Assembly (NCBI GenBank): GCA_013239625.1
Contig: MU053881.1
Span: 11,212,873 to 11,276,872, forward strand
Length of the DNA: 64,000 bases
Origin: Lama guanicoe
Lineage: Eukaryota
Reading direction: 5' to 3'
This document shows positions 40,709-52,985 of the stretch, in pieces. Below the pieces are notes generated by a model. It was not told the DNA's origin. It saw only the letters and a program-made list of their open reading frames with translations, and searched no databases. Within the stretch, counting starts at the first letter, position 1. Each line of letters starts with the position of its first letter. The position numbers and the translations under genes were made by a program.

Positions 40709-41059
40709 GATGGGGTTGACAGTGACTTTGTAAACATTATAACATGTTATATTTGTCTTTTTGACTTGTAATTAGAAATGTTAAAGCTAACTTTATGATT
40801 AGGCCAAAACATTGGTCAGTACTCCCAGATCACACCTACATTTGTCCTAATTTATTCTTTCTTTCTTACTGTTATTTCTTTTTTTAAAAAATTCCTGTGA
40901 TGATTTTAAACTTGACTGCATGTCATTAATTTATATAGGCTACCCATGTGGGTATACATGCATGCACATATACAGACAAAGAAGGAGAGATGAAATAAGA
41001 AAAAGAAGGAAAGCAAGAAAGAAGACAGGAAGGGAGAGAAAAAGAGAAGAAAGGTTATG

Positions 41060-41383
41060 GCAGACATCATAAACAGGCAGCCTATGAGCTAGTTCTCATC
41101 TCCAGAAGGGTTCTATTTGAACTTGCACAATATTGAAAATAACTATCATTTAAATTAAATGGACATACCTTTTTAAAATCTCATGAAAATCAGATTTGGC
41201 TTATCTTGAAAAACTGAAATGCATGGAAAAATATATGTACATTATTTCTTGCCCTCTTTAGGTGGGCAGGCACTCTTCAGGCTAATACTTAATGCGATCC
41301 CCTGTTTACTACACTAACCTTTTCCTCTCCACACATTTGTGCTGGTTAGTTGGCCTTTTTATCCAGTTAAGATTTTACCACTG
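41060..41383. mobile_element. MER102-like hAT fossil
   Basis: 'aaaatcagatttggcttatcttgaaaaactgaa' and 'tgccctctttaggtgggcaggcactcttcag'. Confidence 0.55.
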
Positions 41384-44324
41384 AGGTATGATCCCTGTTT
41401 TGGGGGAACTTTTGACATTAAAGGGTACACAGGTACCTACACACATAAAGCCATATCTTGTTTACGCTCTTTTTAAATGGAATGGAAGAGAGTTCCATAA
41501 GTGTAAGAAATAAATCAAAGCCATGACTGCCCCTTTGGAGATGCATCCCCTATGAAGTGATTTAAAACTAAATTAACATAAAGGTATGGGGTAATTGACT
41601 GCCCCTCACTCTTTCCAGATGTCCCAATGGTGGAGGGATCATCCGTCAGCCCAGACTGTATCTATCTGAGGTTTACACATGTGATGCTGCATGGCATCCT
41701 GGTGTTGAAGGGACAATGAAATGGTCCACATTTCTTCACACTTTGAAAAATTATCAATATATGTGCTGAGAATCAAGCAGAAATCATCCTCAGCTAAAAA
41801 ACAGTTTGTTAATGGCAAAGAGAGTCAAGAGCATACACAAAACAGATTGGCAAGTGCCATTCAAACTGAGGAAAGCACAGTATTACAATTCCAATAAATG
41901 CTATGAAACATTGGCGCTCTGGAAGTCACAGCTAAATGAGATATGCCTGTAAATACGCCATTAAGCACACTGCTACAATAGATGTAAAAAGAGCGGGGCA
42001 TAATGGGGGGAAAAGAGAGAGACTAATTCTAGCTGGGGGTATTATGGAGACAGACCTCAGCAAGAGGAGGGATATGAACAGGAATGTAAGTAAACCCACT
42101 TGAGCTGATGAAGAAAATGAAAAAGATGTAGAACCATACATCACTCAAGATAACATTTTTTCTTAACTCTAAATTAAACTTGCACAGAGATAAACATTTA
42201 TGACAATTAAGGCTACAGCCTGAAGCATTTTGGCTCACAAGCTAAGTGCACTGGTTAATGAGCAAAGATTTCCGTTCCTTTGCATGCATAAATACTAAGT
42301 GCAGAATTTATCATTCACTAAATCGTATCCACTTTTTTTCCCCTACATTTCATCAGTGGTTGCATCAATTGTCATTTAACTGCTGCAAATAATGTGTTCT
42401 CTTCCCTGTTGTATGAAGCTATTCCTACCAAGGCTAATGATTTTCTGATTTCCACATGCCGGTGATTTTTGGCAGTAACAAACGATGCCTCTTTTTTGCA
42501 TGTCGCAAGCAGCTTAAATTATTTTACATACCCATTTAAAGGATCATTAGTTAAGTTAATATCCTTGCTATTCAGGAGCATAAAGCAGTTTGTAAAGTAT
42601 AGTCTAACTTAACACTACTATATTCTGTCATATTTCAATAGCTAAAAAAATATTTTAACTCTATAACTATCTGTAACTTTGGCCTGAACACATAATTATA
42701 CCTTATCATTTGTTGATATTCACATTCTTTTAATTTCTATAAAAGATAATGGCATTTGTACAAACCGTAAAGAACAAGCACTATTCACAGCAAAGAATAA
42801 TAAAGGTGTTCTAGTTCTCAATCCCTGGGTTACTGTCCTGATATCTACACAGTACATCTTGTACTTTTCATTATCTTTCATTTTCACAGACAATACTGTT
42901 TACAAAATCATGATCTGGAGTGGAACGAATTTTGAAAATGTTAATCAAAGCATCATGTTTCATAAAATCCACATCTGAAAGTCCTACCCTTTTTAGACTT
43001 TGGAAAATCCACCATGAATATCTGTAATATAAAATGGGAGGATTTTGTTTTAACATGACTGATGACTGACAGGTTGGCAAGGAGTTGGCTTGGTACTCTC
43101 AGCAGGAGCAAAAGGGCAACCATCCTTTGTTGAGATAAGCTTAAGTATACACAAATCTGTCTTGCTCCTAATCATAGATCAAATATTAAACAAAATATAG
43201 TGCCTGAGCGTAGCTATGTGTTGGGTGTCCTAAATGACACTGCGCCACTAGAGAGGAGTTACGTTGATTTCTTAATATTGAGGAATGGCTGGCATACCCC
43301 ACGCTCCAGAGCAGTTTTTCCATAATGATACATGTTATGTTTTTCTATAGGAAGAAGAAGGATAGTTCATGGGGCACTGAAAACTCTGGCATCTGCTCAT
43401 CAGTGGCCACTAACCTGGAGAATTTACTGCCAATATCACATTCAAAAGATCAGATAGATTCCAGCTGTTGAGAATTACCATTTAGAATTACCCTCCACCA
43501 ATTACCCCATTTAGATGATGGTTAGCATGTTGTTAAACATTCGTCATAGTATGAATTAACTGCATTGATTACTAAGGATGGGTAGATCCTTCCAGACATC
43601 AGATAGGAAGCTCACATATATGAAATAAAGGAATTATAAGCATAGAGTCTATTGAACATTATACAGATTTCACAGAGCCATCAGAAGCCACATCTGTTTT
43701 CCTCTTGACCTTAGCACATTTGGGACATGAGAAAAAGCATCATGATTCATGGAAAGAAAGTTAAAGGTTACTCTATTAATTGTTAATATTTTTTCAAAGG
43801 GTTTAGATCATATCTTCCAGTAAATTTTAGATGACAAAGGCCATTAAAAATTTGAAAGAGTATTAGGGATAATTATAAAAATTATGGAAATTTGATTGTT
43901 GTGAACCATAAGTTAAAATTGCAGGTCTGTTCAATATTGGAAACAACACCCTGGATGCTGCAGAAAAGTAGCTGGGATTTGTAGTGGATGTCTGTGAAGA
44001 AACCTACTAAATATTTGGTAGTTCAGAGATACCATACATCATGTGATTATTTTCCAGTGGCAACTTTACCCAAGACTTCTTCCTGGCCCCAAGAGCTAAT
44101 GCACTAATAGTTCTATGAGGGAAGTGAGTGTGAGTGAACACACCTATTATCTTTTTCAGTTTAGGTCTAACTGGTACTTTGTTTATACTGTCAGGATAGA
44201 GATGAGAGACTGATTTATGACTTAAACTCAGAAAGGGAGGAGATGATAATCTTAGTAAGTTCAATAACAGATCATTTAAATTCCTTATATTTAAAAGCTA
44301 TTCACAAGAGATAAATCTAATGTG

Positions 44325-44929
44325 TGTAGTTTGGCCCCACCTTCAGTTTCCACCTGAGAGGACAAGGGAATGTGCCCCAACACCGTTTGCCTTTGAATTT
44401 CAGGCACGACTTCCCTAATGCTAATGCAATGCTATTATGTCTTGTAGATCTTACAAATTTATCTGATTTTACTTTGCAGCTAGATTCCTTCACTTTATTG
44501 CTACTCTGGATGTAGAATCTCTAGTGTCCAAATGTAACCTTTTGCTCATTATGCCCTCATTTCAATAAAATTAGCCTTGTAGATCAGAAGTACCCATCAT
44601 GCGCTGACGCCATGACACTTCCAATCCAGACTAAATAAGGAGAAAAAACCCTTCTCCCTTTGGGAAGGTGGAGTTGCAATAAAAATCAGGGAATCTGACC
44701 TCATACCCTTCCCTTCCCAATGAATATTTTGCCCATTCATTTTACAATCAATGTAACCAACTTTACCAAAGAAACTCAGCACAACTGCTAACCTGAGCCT
44801 GCCCACTCTCCCCTTGACAGTGTACTATCTAACCCTTAATAATAAAATCCCTACTTTACTTTGTAAAACCTCCGTGTCTCATCTCTGAATTATTTCTGGG
44901 AGGAGACAAGAACCTAATCACTGGCAACA
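44325..44929 (+). mobile_element. ERV1-type solo LTR, probably lineage-specific
   Basis: AATAAA near 44840 followed by U5-like 'tgtctcatctctgaattatttctgggaggagacaagaacc...ggcaaca'; exact 5' end uncertain. Confidence 0.7.
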
Positions 44930-45284
44930 GTATCTGTTGCATTGTGCAAGTATCATGAAATCAAAAGATCTTTATTTGTTAGCACACTGCTTCTGTTTAT
45001 AGTCTCAATGCCATTTTGAAATTAAATCTTTTTCTCATCAACACAAAAGATTCTAATATTGTGACACAGAAAAGATTATAATTGCTTAATTATTTGTGCA
45101 ATATGGCAAATACACATTTTGCACATATCAACAGAGATGTTATGTGGAATAAAAATGTTTTCATTATGTATGTGGGTTTGGAACAAATGTGCTTACATAT
45201 CATAATCCTTAGAAGTAAGTTAAAAGTGTGTGTTTTTTTGCTCTGTTAAATAATAACAACCACTTCCATATCTCACCACAGTAT

Positions 45285-45415
45285 TTAATAATTCATGTAT
45301 TCAGGAAATATTTACTTTTCTGTCTGCTTGGTGCCAGACACTGTAGTAGATGGTATGGATAAGGAGGTGGGCTTTATGTCTAAGATTTCTGTCTTCATTG
45401 AACTTACAATCTAGC
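45285..45415 (-). mobile_element. L2 3' end
   Basis: 'attcaggaaatattt...gtgccagacactgt...gaacttacaatctag'. Confidence 0.7.
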
Positions 45416-45439
45416 CATGTCTCTTGATCTGATTGTGCT

Positions 45440-45545
45440 TTCTAGTGTCTCAGGAGCTATTAAAAAATGATATATGTAGAGTTTTATGCCCACTCTGCTG
45501 AATCAGAATCTCCAAGATTAGGCCTTAGCAAGTCTATTTTTAATA
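45440..45545. mobile_element. MER5A fragment
   Basis: 'ctgctgaatcagaatctcc...tctatttttaa'. Confidence 0.65.
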
Positions 45546-45554
45546 CTAAAGAAA

Positions 45555-48500
45555 GAAACTTATTTTTTAGAACAAGTTTAGATTCACAGAAAAATCACAA
45601 AGACTACAGAGAGTTCCCATCCACTCTACACCCAGTTTCCTCTAGAATTAACACCGTATATTTGTATGGCACATTTTTTACAACTAATAAACAAACACTG
45701 ATACATTATTATTAACCGAAGTCCACAGCGTATTCGGATTTCTGTAGTTTTTAACTAATGCCCTTTTCGGTTCCAGCATCCTATCCAGGGTATCACAGTA
45801 CACTTAGTTAGGCTGTTTCCTTAGACTTCTCTTAGCTGTGGCATTTTTTTTTTCAGACTTTCCTTATTTTTGATGACCCTGACAGTTTTGATGAGTACTG
45901 GTCAGTTTTAACAAAGTTCTTCAATTAGGGTTTGTGTAATGTATTTCTCATGATTAGACTGCAGTTATGGGTTTTGAGGTAGATGGCCATAGACGTGAAG
46001 GCCATTTCACCACATCTTATTAAGAATACATGCTATCAAGATAATTTATTACCATTGATGTTAACCTTGACCATGTGGCTGAGATGGTGCTTGTCATGTT
46101 TCTCCTCTCTAAAGTTACTCTTTCCTCTTCCATACCGTACTTTTTCGAGGAAATTACTCAGCCTGGACCATGTGTAGGGAGCAAAAACGAATGCCCTGAC
46201 TCCTTGAGTGCAGGGTATATCAATTATTTGGAATTCTTCTGCGTATTTGTCCACTCTCGTTCACATATATATTTATTTGATAATTAACTTATATTGGCAT
46301 GGAGTCATGGATATTTATTTTCTATTTTTATCTGTAATCCAGTATTACATTATTTTCTGTTGTTCAAATTGTTCCAGTTTTGGCCACAGGGACCTCTTTC
46401 CCTTGGCTCCTGTGTCCGTTTTTTGGTACAACCTTCACTGTAGCTTTTTGAGAACATCACATTCTGAAACTACAAGATGCTACAGACTCATCTTTTATGT
46501 TTCCTGCCCCAGTCCTAAAATCAGCTATTTCTCCAAAACATTCTGGTTCCTTTATGGAGAATGGTATTAGGAACCAAAATCTGGGTGCTAGGCACACTCG
46601 TTGCTACTGTGGTATCACTGCTTTTGGATCGTCTCAGATAACAGAGCAAAATACGTATGTGTATATAGCAACCTGTTTATATATCTATAAATATTTCTCT
46701 GTATATCCAACCTATCTATGTTAAGTAAAACAACAGATCATAAACCTAGACACAGACTTTAGATCTTTTTCAAAAATAAACTCAAAATGGAAGTTTATAA
46801 ATTATTAATTTCATGTATATTATATACAGGCCGTTTCAGATTATCCACCTCTCTTTTTCAGTTGACAGCCTGTAATTTAGGAGGAATTGATTAGTATCAT
46901 ACAATTTCAGGACAGTCATTCACAGAATTCTCTAAAAACAGCTTTTATTGCTTATGGACTCAGTAGTAATAATACTTCTTTCATTTCTGATATTGTTAAT
47001 TTATCTCTTTTTTTCTTGGTTAGCCTAGCTAGACACTTATTAATTGTATTTATCTTTTCAAAAAGACTAACTTTTGACTATGCTGATTTTCTGTATTGTT
47101 TTTCTCTTTGTAATGTCTTTGATTTCTGCTCTAATATTTACCATTTTTTTCTGCATATGTAGACTTCAGTTGCTCTAGTATCCAAAGGTAAATCATAGAT
47201 AATTTTAAAAAATAGATTTTTTTATCTTCTTTCTCTTCTAATTTATGTATTTAAGACTATACATTTATATCTAAGTGTTGATTTCATCTCACATATCTCA
47301 ATAAACTCTATTTTTATTTTTACTTAAAGTATTTTAAAATTTCTCTTGAGCCTTTTCCTTTGATCCATGTTTTATTAGAAGTATACTGGCTAATGTCCAA
47401 ACATTTGGGAGATTTTCCGGCTCTCTTTCAGATGGTGATTTGTAATTTAATTCCATTTTTCTCTAAGGGCATACTTGATATGATTTCTAATTTTTTATTT
47501 ATGTTAAGGTGTGGGGCATGGCATTGAACATGGTCCGTCTTCGCTAATGTTCCTTGCGAAGGAACTTGAGAAAAATGTATATTCTACTATTGTTGGATGC
47601 AGTGGTCTATACATATCAATTAGATCAAGTTGACTGATACTACTACTAAAATCAACTATAAACTTCCTGATTTTTTTCTGCTTGATCTATCAACTACTCA
47701 AAGAGGGCTGCTGATGTCTCCAACCATAACAGTGCATTTATTTATTTCTTTTGGTTTATTTCTATCAGTTTTTGCCCATATATGTTGATTCTCTGTTGTT
47801 AGATACACAGACATTTAGAACTGTTGTGTCTTCTTAGAGAATTGAATTATCATCATGTAATACTTTATCATTGGTAATTTTCTTTGCTCTAAATTTTGCT
47901 TTTCTGAAATTTATATGTAGCTACTACTGCTTTATTTGGATGAGTGTGAGTATGACATACCTTTTTCTGCTCCTTTAAATTTAACCTACATGAGATTTAA
48001 TATTTATGGGCATTTCTTGTAGACAACAATCACGTCTTGCATCCATGATTTGTATCTTTTCACTGATGTATTTAGAAGATTTTCATTAAAGTAATTACTG
48101 AAAGAGGTGAATTGATAACTACCATATTTAAAACTGTATTTTTGGTCTTTATTTCTTTTTTTCTGCCTTCTCTGGTTTGACTGAGCATTTTATATGACTT
48201 CATTTATTTCCTTTCATAGTATGTAAGCAGTACTTTACTTTTAAAGTTTTTAGTGATTTCCCTATAATTTTTAACTAATCCAAATCCACCTGTAAATAAT
48301 ATTATGTTGGTTTACATGTAGTGTAGTTACCTTATGAAAGAGTATTCCTCGAACCTCCTTTCCCTTTCTTTATGACAGTGCTGTCTTTCATTTCACTCAC
48401 ACATATGCTGTAACCATTCCATACACTGTTACCACTATTACCATAAAAGGTTGTATGTTAGATAAACTAAGAAAATGAAAGATTTTACTTTTCCTCATTT

Positions 48501-49625
48501 ATTCCTTCTCTGACACTCTTCCTTCCCTTACATGTATACTAGATTCTGACCTATACCATCTTCCTTCTCTCTGAGCTTCTTATTACATTTCTCAGAGGGC
48601 AGATCTCTTAATGAATTTCCTCAGTTTTCATTTGTCTGAGAAAATCTTTATTTTTCTTTTACCTTTGAAGGAAAATGTCATTGACTAGATATAAAATTTA
48701 AGTTTTTCTCTGTCACCACTAAATCTTTCACTGCACTCTCTTCTGGCTTGAATGGTTTCTCACATAAAGTCTTAAGAAATGCTTATCCTATTTCTCCACG
48801 TGTTAGGTGGCTCCTTTTAGGGTTCTCTCACTTTCTTTGGTTTTCTACAGTTTGAATATAATACGACAATCTGTAGTTTTTTTGGAATTTTTCTTGGTTG
48901 GGTTTCTCTGAACTTCTTAGAGCTGTGGTTTGATGTCTGTTTAATTTTGGAAAATTTGCAGCCATTTGCTACTTCAAATATTTCTCCTGTTCTGTTGCTT
49001 TTCCCCTTCTGCTATCCAAATTATGCTGCTGTAACACTTTTTATTTTTGTTTTGTTTCCTTTTTCTTCTCTTTGCATTTTAATTTGGAAAATTTCTGTTG
49101 GTTTATCTTCAAGTTCACTGATCATTTCCTTGGCTGTGACCAGTATCCTAATGAGTCCATCAAAGCTTTTTTTTTTTTGAAATTTCTGATACATTATTTT
49201 CGATTTCTAGCATTTATTTTTTATTTTTTCTTAGAGTTTCTATTTTTTGTACTTACACTGCCCATGTGTTTTGCATGCTATCTACTTTTTCTATTAGAAC
49301 CCTTAACACTTCCATCATAATTACTTTAAATTCCCTGTCTGATGATTCCAGTATCTGTGTCATATCGGAGTCCATTTCTGATGCTTTCTCTGTCTCTTCA
49401 GACTGTGGTTTTCCTTGGCCTTTCAGCATGCCTCGTGATTTCTTTCGTTGGGAGACAGACATGACGTGTTGAGTAATTAGAAAAGAGTTAAATAGGTCTT
49501 TAGTGTGTTTTATGTTAAGCTGGCTAGGTGTGGCTGTGTTTAATGTTTGATGTCTTAGTAGGTGCCAAGGGCTTCAAATGGTTCTAACACCTTTGCTTTT
49601 GGTCTCAGTTGTCTTTTAGCTTCCC
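45555..49625 (-). mobile_element. L1MD-like element: 3' UTR joined to the 5' ORF2/ORF1 region, most of ORF2 missing
   Basis: Antisense L1MD-type 3' UTR 45555-46730; endonuclease-region and ORF1 antisense sequence 46790-49625; ORF1-like 'QILESSDREFKVIMMEVLRVL.EKVDSMQ'. Confidence 0.85.
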
Positions 49626-49639
49626 TAAGAACTATTTCA

Positions 49640-49870
49640 TACTTACCAAGTGCAAGGACTCCTTCAATGTTCTTGTATCTTGTAAGTCATTTAATCATCA
49701 CAGCTACTCTATGAGGTAGATTCTATTAGTCTATTATTAACATTTTACAGTAGAGAAAAATCAAGACACAGAGTGGCTAAGTAATCTACCATAGGTTGTT
49801 ATATTAATAACTTGGAGAACCAAGATTTAAACAAAAGTGACTCAATTCCAGACCCCATGCTGCAAACCAC
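49640..49870 (-). mobile_element. MIR SINE
   Basis: 'tcatttaatcatcacagctactctatgaggtag...cattttacag'. Confidence 0.75.
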
Positions 49871-51199
49871 TAATAAACATAATGCCCCCAACCCTGGAAT
49901 GCTCCAGTTTCCGTCATGACCACTAGCGCAGATGCTTCTTTACTCTAATTCCTCCCCAAGTCCTCGCCCAGCTGCATGGTTCTGACCGCTGTGCCCACAG
50001 AAAACTAACCATGAGAGGTAGAGGAGCTGGAACAAAATTTTTTTTTTTAGTCTCAATTAAGAAATAAAAACATAATTTTAAAATTATAACTAATGCTGAT
50101 GGGAATTGAAATGAGCAGAAGAGAAGGTGGATTCATTTAAATAGTTTTAAATGGAAATCATACAAAGTTGACGTTAAAGAGACTATTCCTTTCCCAGATC
50201 ATTCACTGAGTCAATAATCTTGATCCCCACTATAAAATAAAATTGAAAATCCTCATGCTTTTACTGTTGTTGCTCTTGTCATTAACTTCAAAGGTAAGTT
50301 TGGTGTATTAGTGTTTTTGTTGTTGCTGTTTCCTTATATCCAATGACTTAGTAAATTATAACTACCCTTAACAGAGAAAACAACAAATCCAAACCCAGTG
50401 AAACTGAGGGAAAATATTCAGCCACGTACAATATAAAACGAAAAGGAATTGCATGATTAATGTCCTCTTGCTCCAATGAGTTTAGCCACACATACACACA
50501 CACACAAAAATCCATCTTTTTAAGCTTTCATCAAATGAAGTTTACCTTTCATGGGAGCATTTGGAAATATTAGAGTTATAAACTAATATGAGTTTTGTGA
50601 GTACATGGAAAACTAAAATGAAGAGAAATGACTATGTTAAGAAATAGCTGAAATGCAGATACAAATGTGTGAAAAAGAGTAATTCAAGAATGGTAAGTCC
50701 TGATTAAAGGGAAATATTTTATTTATGTCTGGGGTTCTATGTTTTTCTTTTTACTGAGCAATAAAACACATATCTCATGCTTACTAAATTTAAGACAAGA
50801 GGTTGAGCACTTTACAATCATTTCCTAATAATTTCCTAATCAGAAGAAACATTGATGTCTGGTTTCTATGAGCTTCAATCTTGAAGAAGACTATCTATAC
50901 TATTCCTTGTCTACTTATAGAGTCTGGTAGAAAAAGAAGCCCTGCCATAAAATTAAAGAAAATATTTGATTTCCAATTTTTTATTAGTGCTTTGTACTGC
51001 CAAAAAGGTCCCAGAATGGATGGTCCATTCCTTATGACAGTACGTGTAAATACTGTTTTTTTCTTATGCAATAAGAAGTTCAGAGATTACTTTGGGGGAT
51101 AAGGAAAGTAGTACAGGGCAAAACAGCTTTGAATCCAATTATAAGTATGTAGAATTTCACTTAAAAAAAATTGGGTAGGAGACATTAAAGTGTGGTTGC

Positions 51200-51545
51200 A
51201 TGCTTGTTAAAGCATTCCAAAAGAGTGGGAGAAGTTGATGACAAAGAGAGGTGGGCAACGGCAGCATTTTCCTTCTACAGTCCAGAGGAGACGGTATTCA
51301 AACCATACGAGAAGCCTTGAGCCTTCGTTAGGAGCACAGACAGCTCATCCATAACAATAGAAGGGACGGCAGAGGTCACTGGCACAGCTGTTATGTTAGT
51401 TCATGCGGCTGTGGAAACCGCTGGAAAGTCTACTCTGCGTCTGTTACTTAGTGAAATAAGAAGTAGTTAAACAGATGAGAATGAGGCAGGGAACGAATGC
51501 TCTGGTTTGAAAAGTGAGAAGGTATGAAATAATGCTCTAGGTGAC
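51200..51545 (-). mobile_element. L2 fragment
   Basis: 'cagctcatccataacaatagaaggg', 'ttagtgaaataagaag...gatgagaatgagg'. Confidence 0.5.
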
Positions 51546-51753
51546 TCCAAGTATGAATTGTAAAGACAGCACCCCCAAAACTTCATGGCTTTATTTTTTG
51601 TTTGTTAATATTTTTGTAGTCTCCCTCAGTACCAGAATGCAGAGGCTCAGTAGGCAGGAGATTTTGCAAACGGGGGTATGACATGAGGGAAAGAATGGCA
51701 AGGACACTGGATATGAATATAATCTAAGATTAATAAGGAGGGGTTAATAGAGA

Positions 51754-52641
51754 TGTTGAGAGACACCATCTACTATGACCCTCATTGTCCCATCATGTTC
51801 TTCGTGAGTTTGTCAAGAATGCAACACCCAGACTTCTCTTCACCTGGGATACTTTTCAAGACTGTAATTTGAGGGGATGAAATGAGGTCTCCCCTCCAGG
51901 ACAAAGAGCAAGCTTGCTATAGAAAGTAAGTGTATGTCGATAGCTATCTGTTTCTTGGCTCTAATGTAAAACCATCATATATGTAGCATCCATCCAGGCA
52001 ACTATGCTTTACTCTTACAGAACCTGGCAACAAGAGGAACCACTGCAAACATGAAGCTCACATTACTTGCTGTTATGTGAAAATTAAGCCCTTTGTTCCT
52101 GACCCTGGAGTATTATGTCTTCCACCAGCAACCATAAAACTGTCAACCTAGAAAAAAATGCATAAATTAAAAGTTGAGAATTATGTTTTATTTGGTGGAT
52201 TATCTGAGGACTTCAAGCCCAAGAGACAGCCTCTCAGATAGCTCTCAGGGACTGCTCCAGATAGGCAGAGGAGGAGCCAGGATTTTTGGAGTTTTGTAAC
52301 AAAATCCAGATAGTTGGAACATCAAAAGATTACTGTTAAGAAAAGCAGACATCTCAAGTTAACAAACTGAGCACTTTTCTATGTACAGGAAGATGTAAGA
52401 GTCTGGGCTTACTGAAATCATTCCTTTGATATGCATTTCAGCCATTAAGGGCTAGTATCCTGTGCTTTCCCATCCTTGAGTCCCCTGAGGGTGCACCATT
52501 AACGGTGGCTGTAGAGGCTGATGGCTTGATGGCCACAACATCCTTTTTTTTACTGATACAGCAGACAGCATTCTAGGTCCACAAAACCAAAACACACTAC
52601 ATTACTAGCTCGCAAGTAGAGTAAAAGCTCAGATACTCACA
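51754..52641 (+). mobile_element. LTR40-like ERVL LTR, split by an inserted LTR
   Basis: 'tgttgagagaca', 'ctttgttcctgaccctggagtattatgtcttccaccagca', resuming with 'tagctcgcaagtagagtaaaagctcaga'. Confidence 0.8.
52141..52583 (-). mobile_element. MER41-like (artiodactyl/camelid) ERV1 solo LTR
   Basis: TG...CA termini; 4-bp TSD AAAC at 52137-52140 and 52584-52587; antisense AATAAA near 52187. Confidence 0.85.
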
Positions 52642-52854
52642 GGAACAAAACAGAGTAAAAACTTGGTACCCTGATAACTACGGTTCCTTTTCTAGCTTAT
52701 GATGTTGGTACTGACACTAATTTTAATGAAGAGGTAAGAAAGAAGATTAGAGAAGTGCAGACATTTGACATGGTACTCAGCAGTTATTAAAGAAGAAAGG
52801 TGGGGGCAGATCACTGTTCCTCCAGGATCATTTTGAATATCGTGGAACAGCATG

Positions 52855-52985
52855 AGGAAAAGAGTACAGAACTAAGGATCAGACGCTACTGGTATGAATC
52901 CCAATTTCATAGACCCCTAATGGTTTAACCTTGGAAAAGTCATTTGAAATCTTTGGGCCTCATTTTCTCTGTCTGTAACATATGC
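52855..52985 (+). mobile_element. MIR SINE
   Basis: 'tgaatccca...accttggaaaagtcatttg..tctttgggcctcattttctctgtctgtaa'. Confidence 0.75.

Noticed and set aside
45467..49472. Multiple overlapping ORFs of up to 120 aa
   Set aside because: All fall within L1MD/MER5 sequence; mostly antisense, hydrophobic-biased spurious frames.
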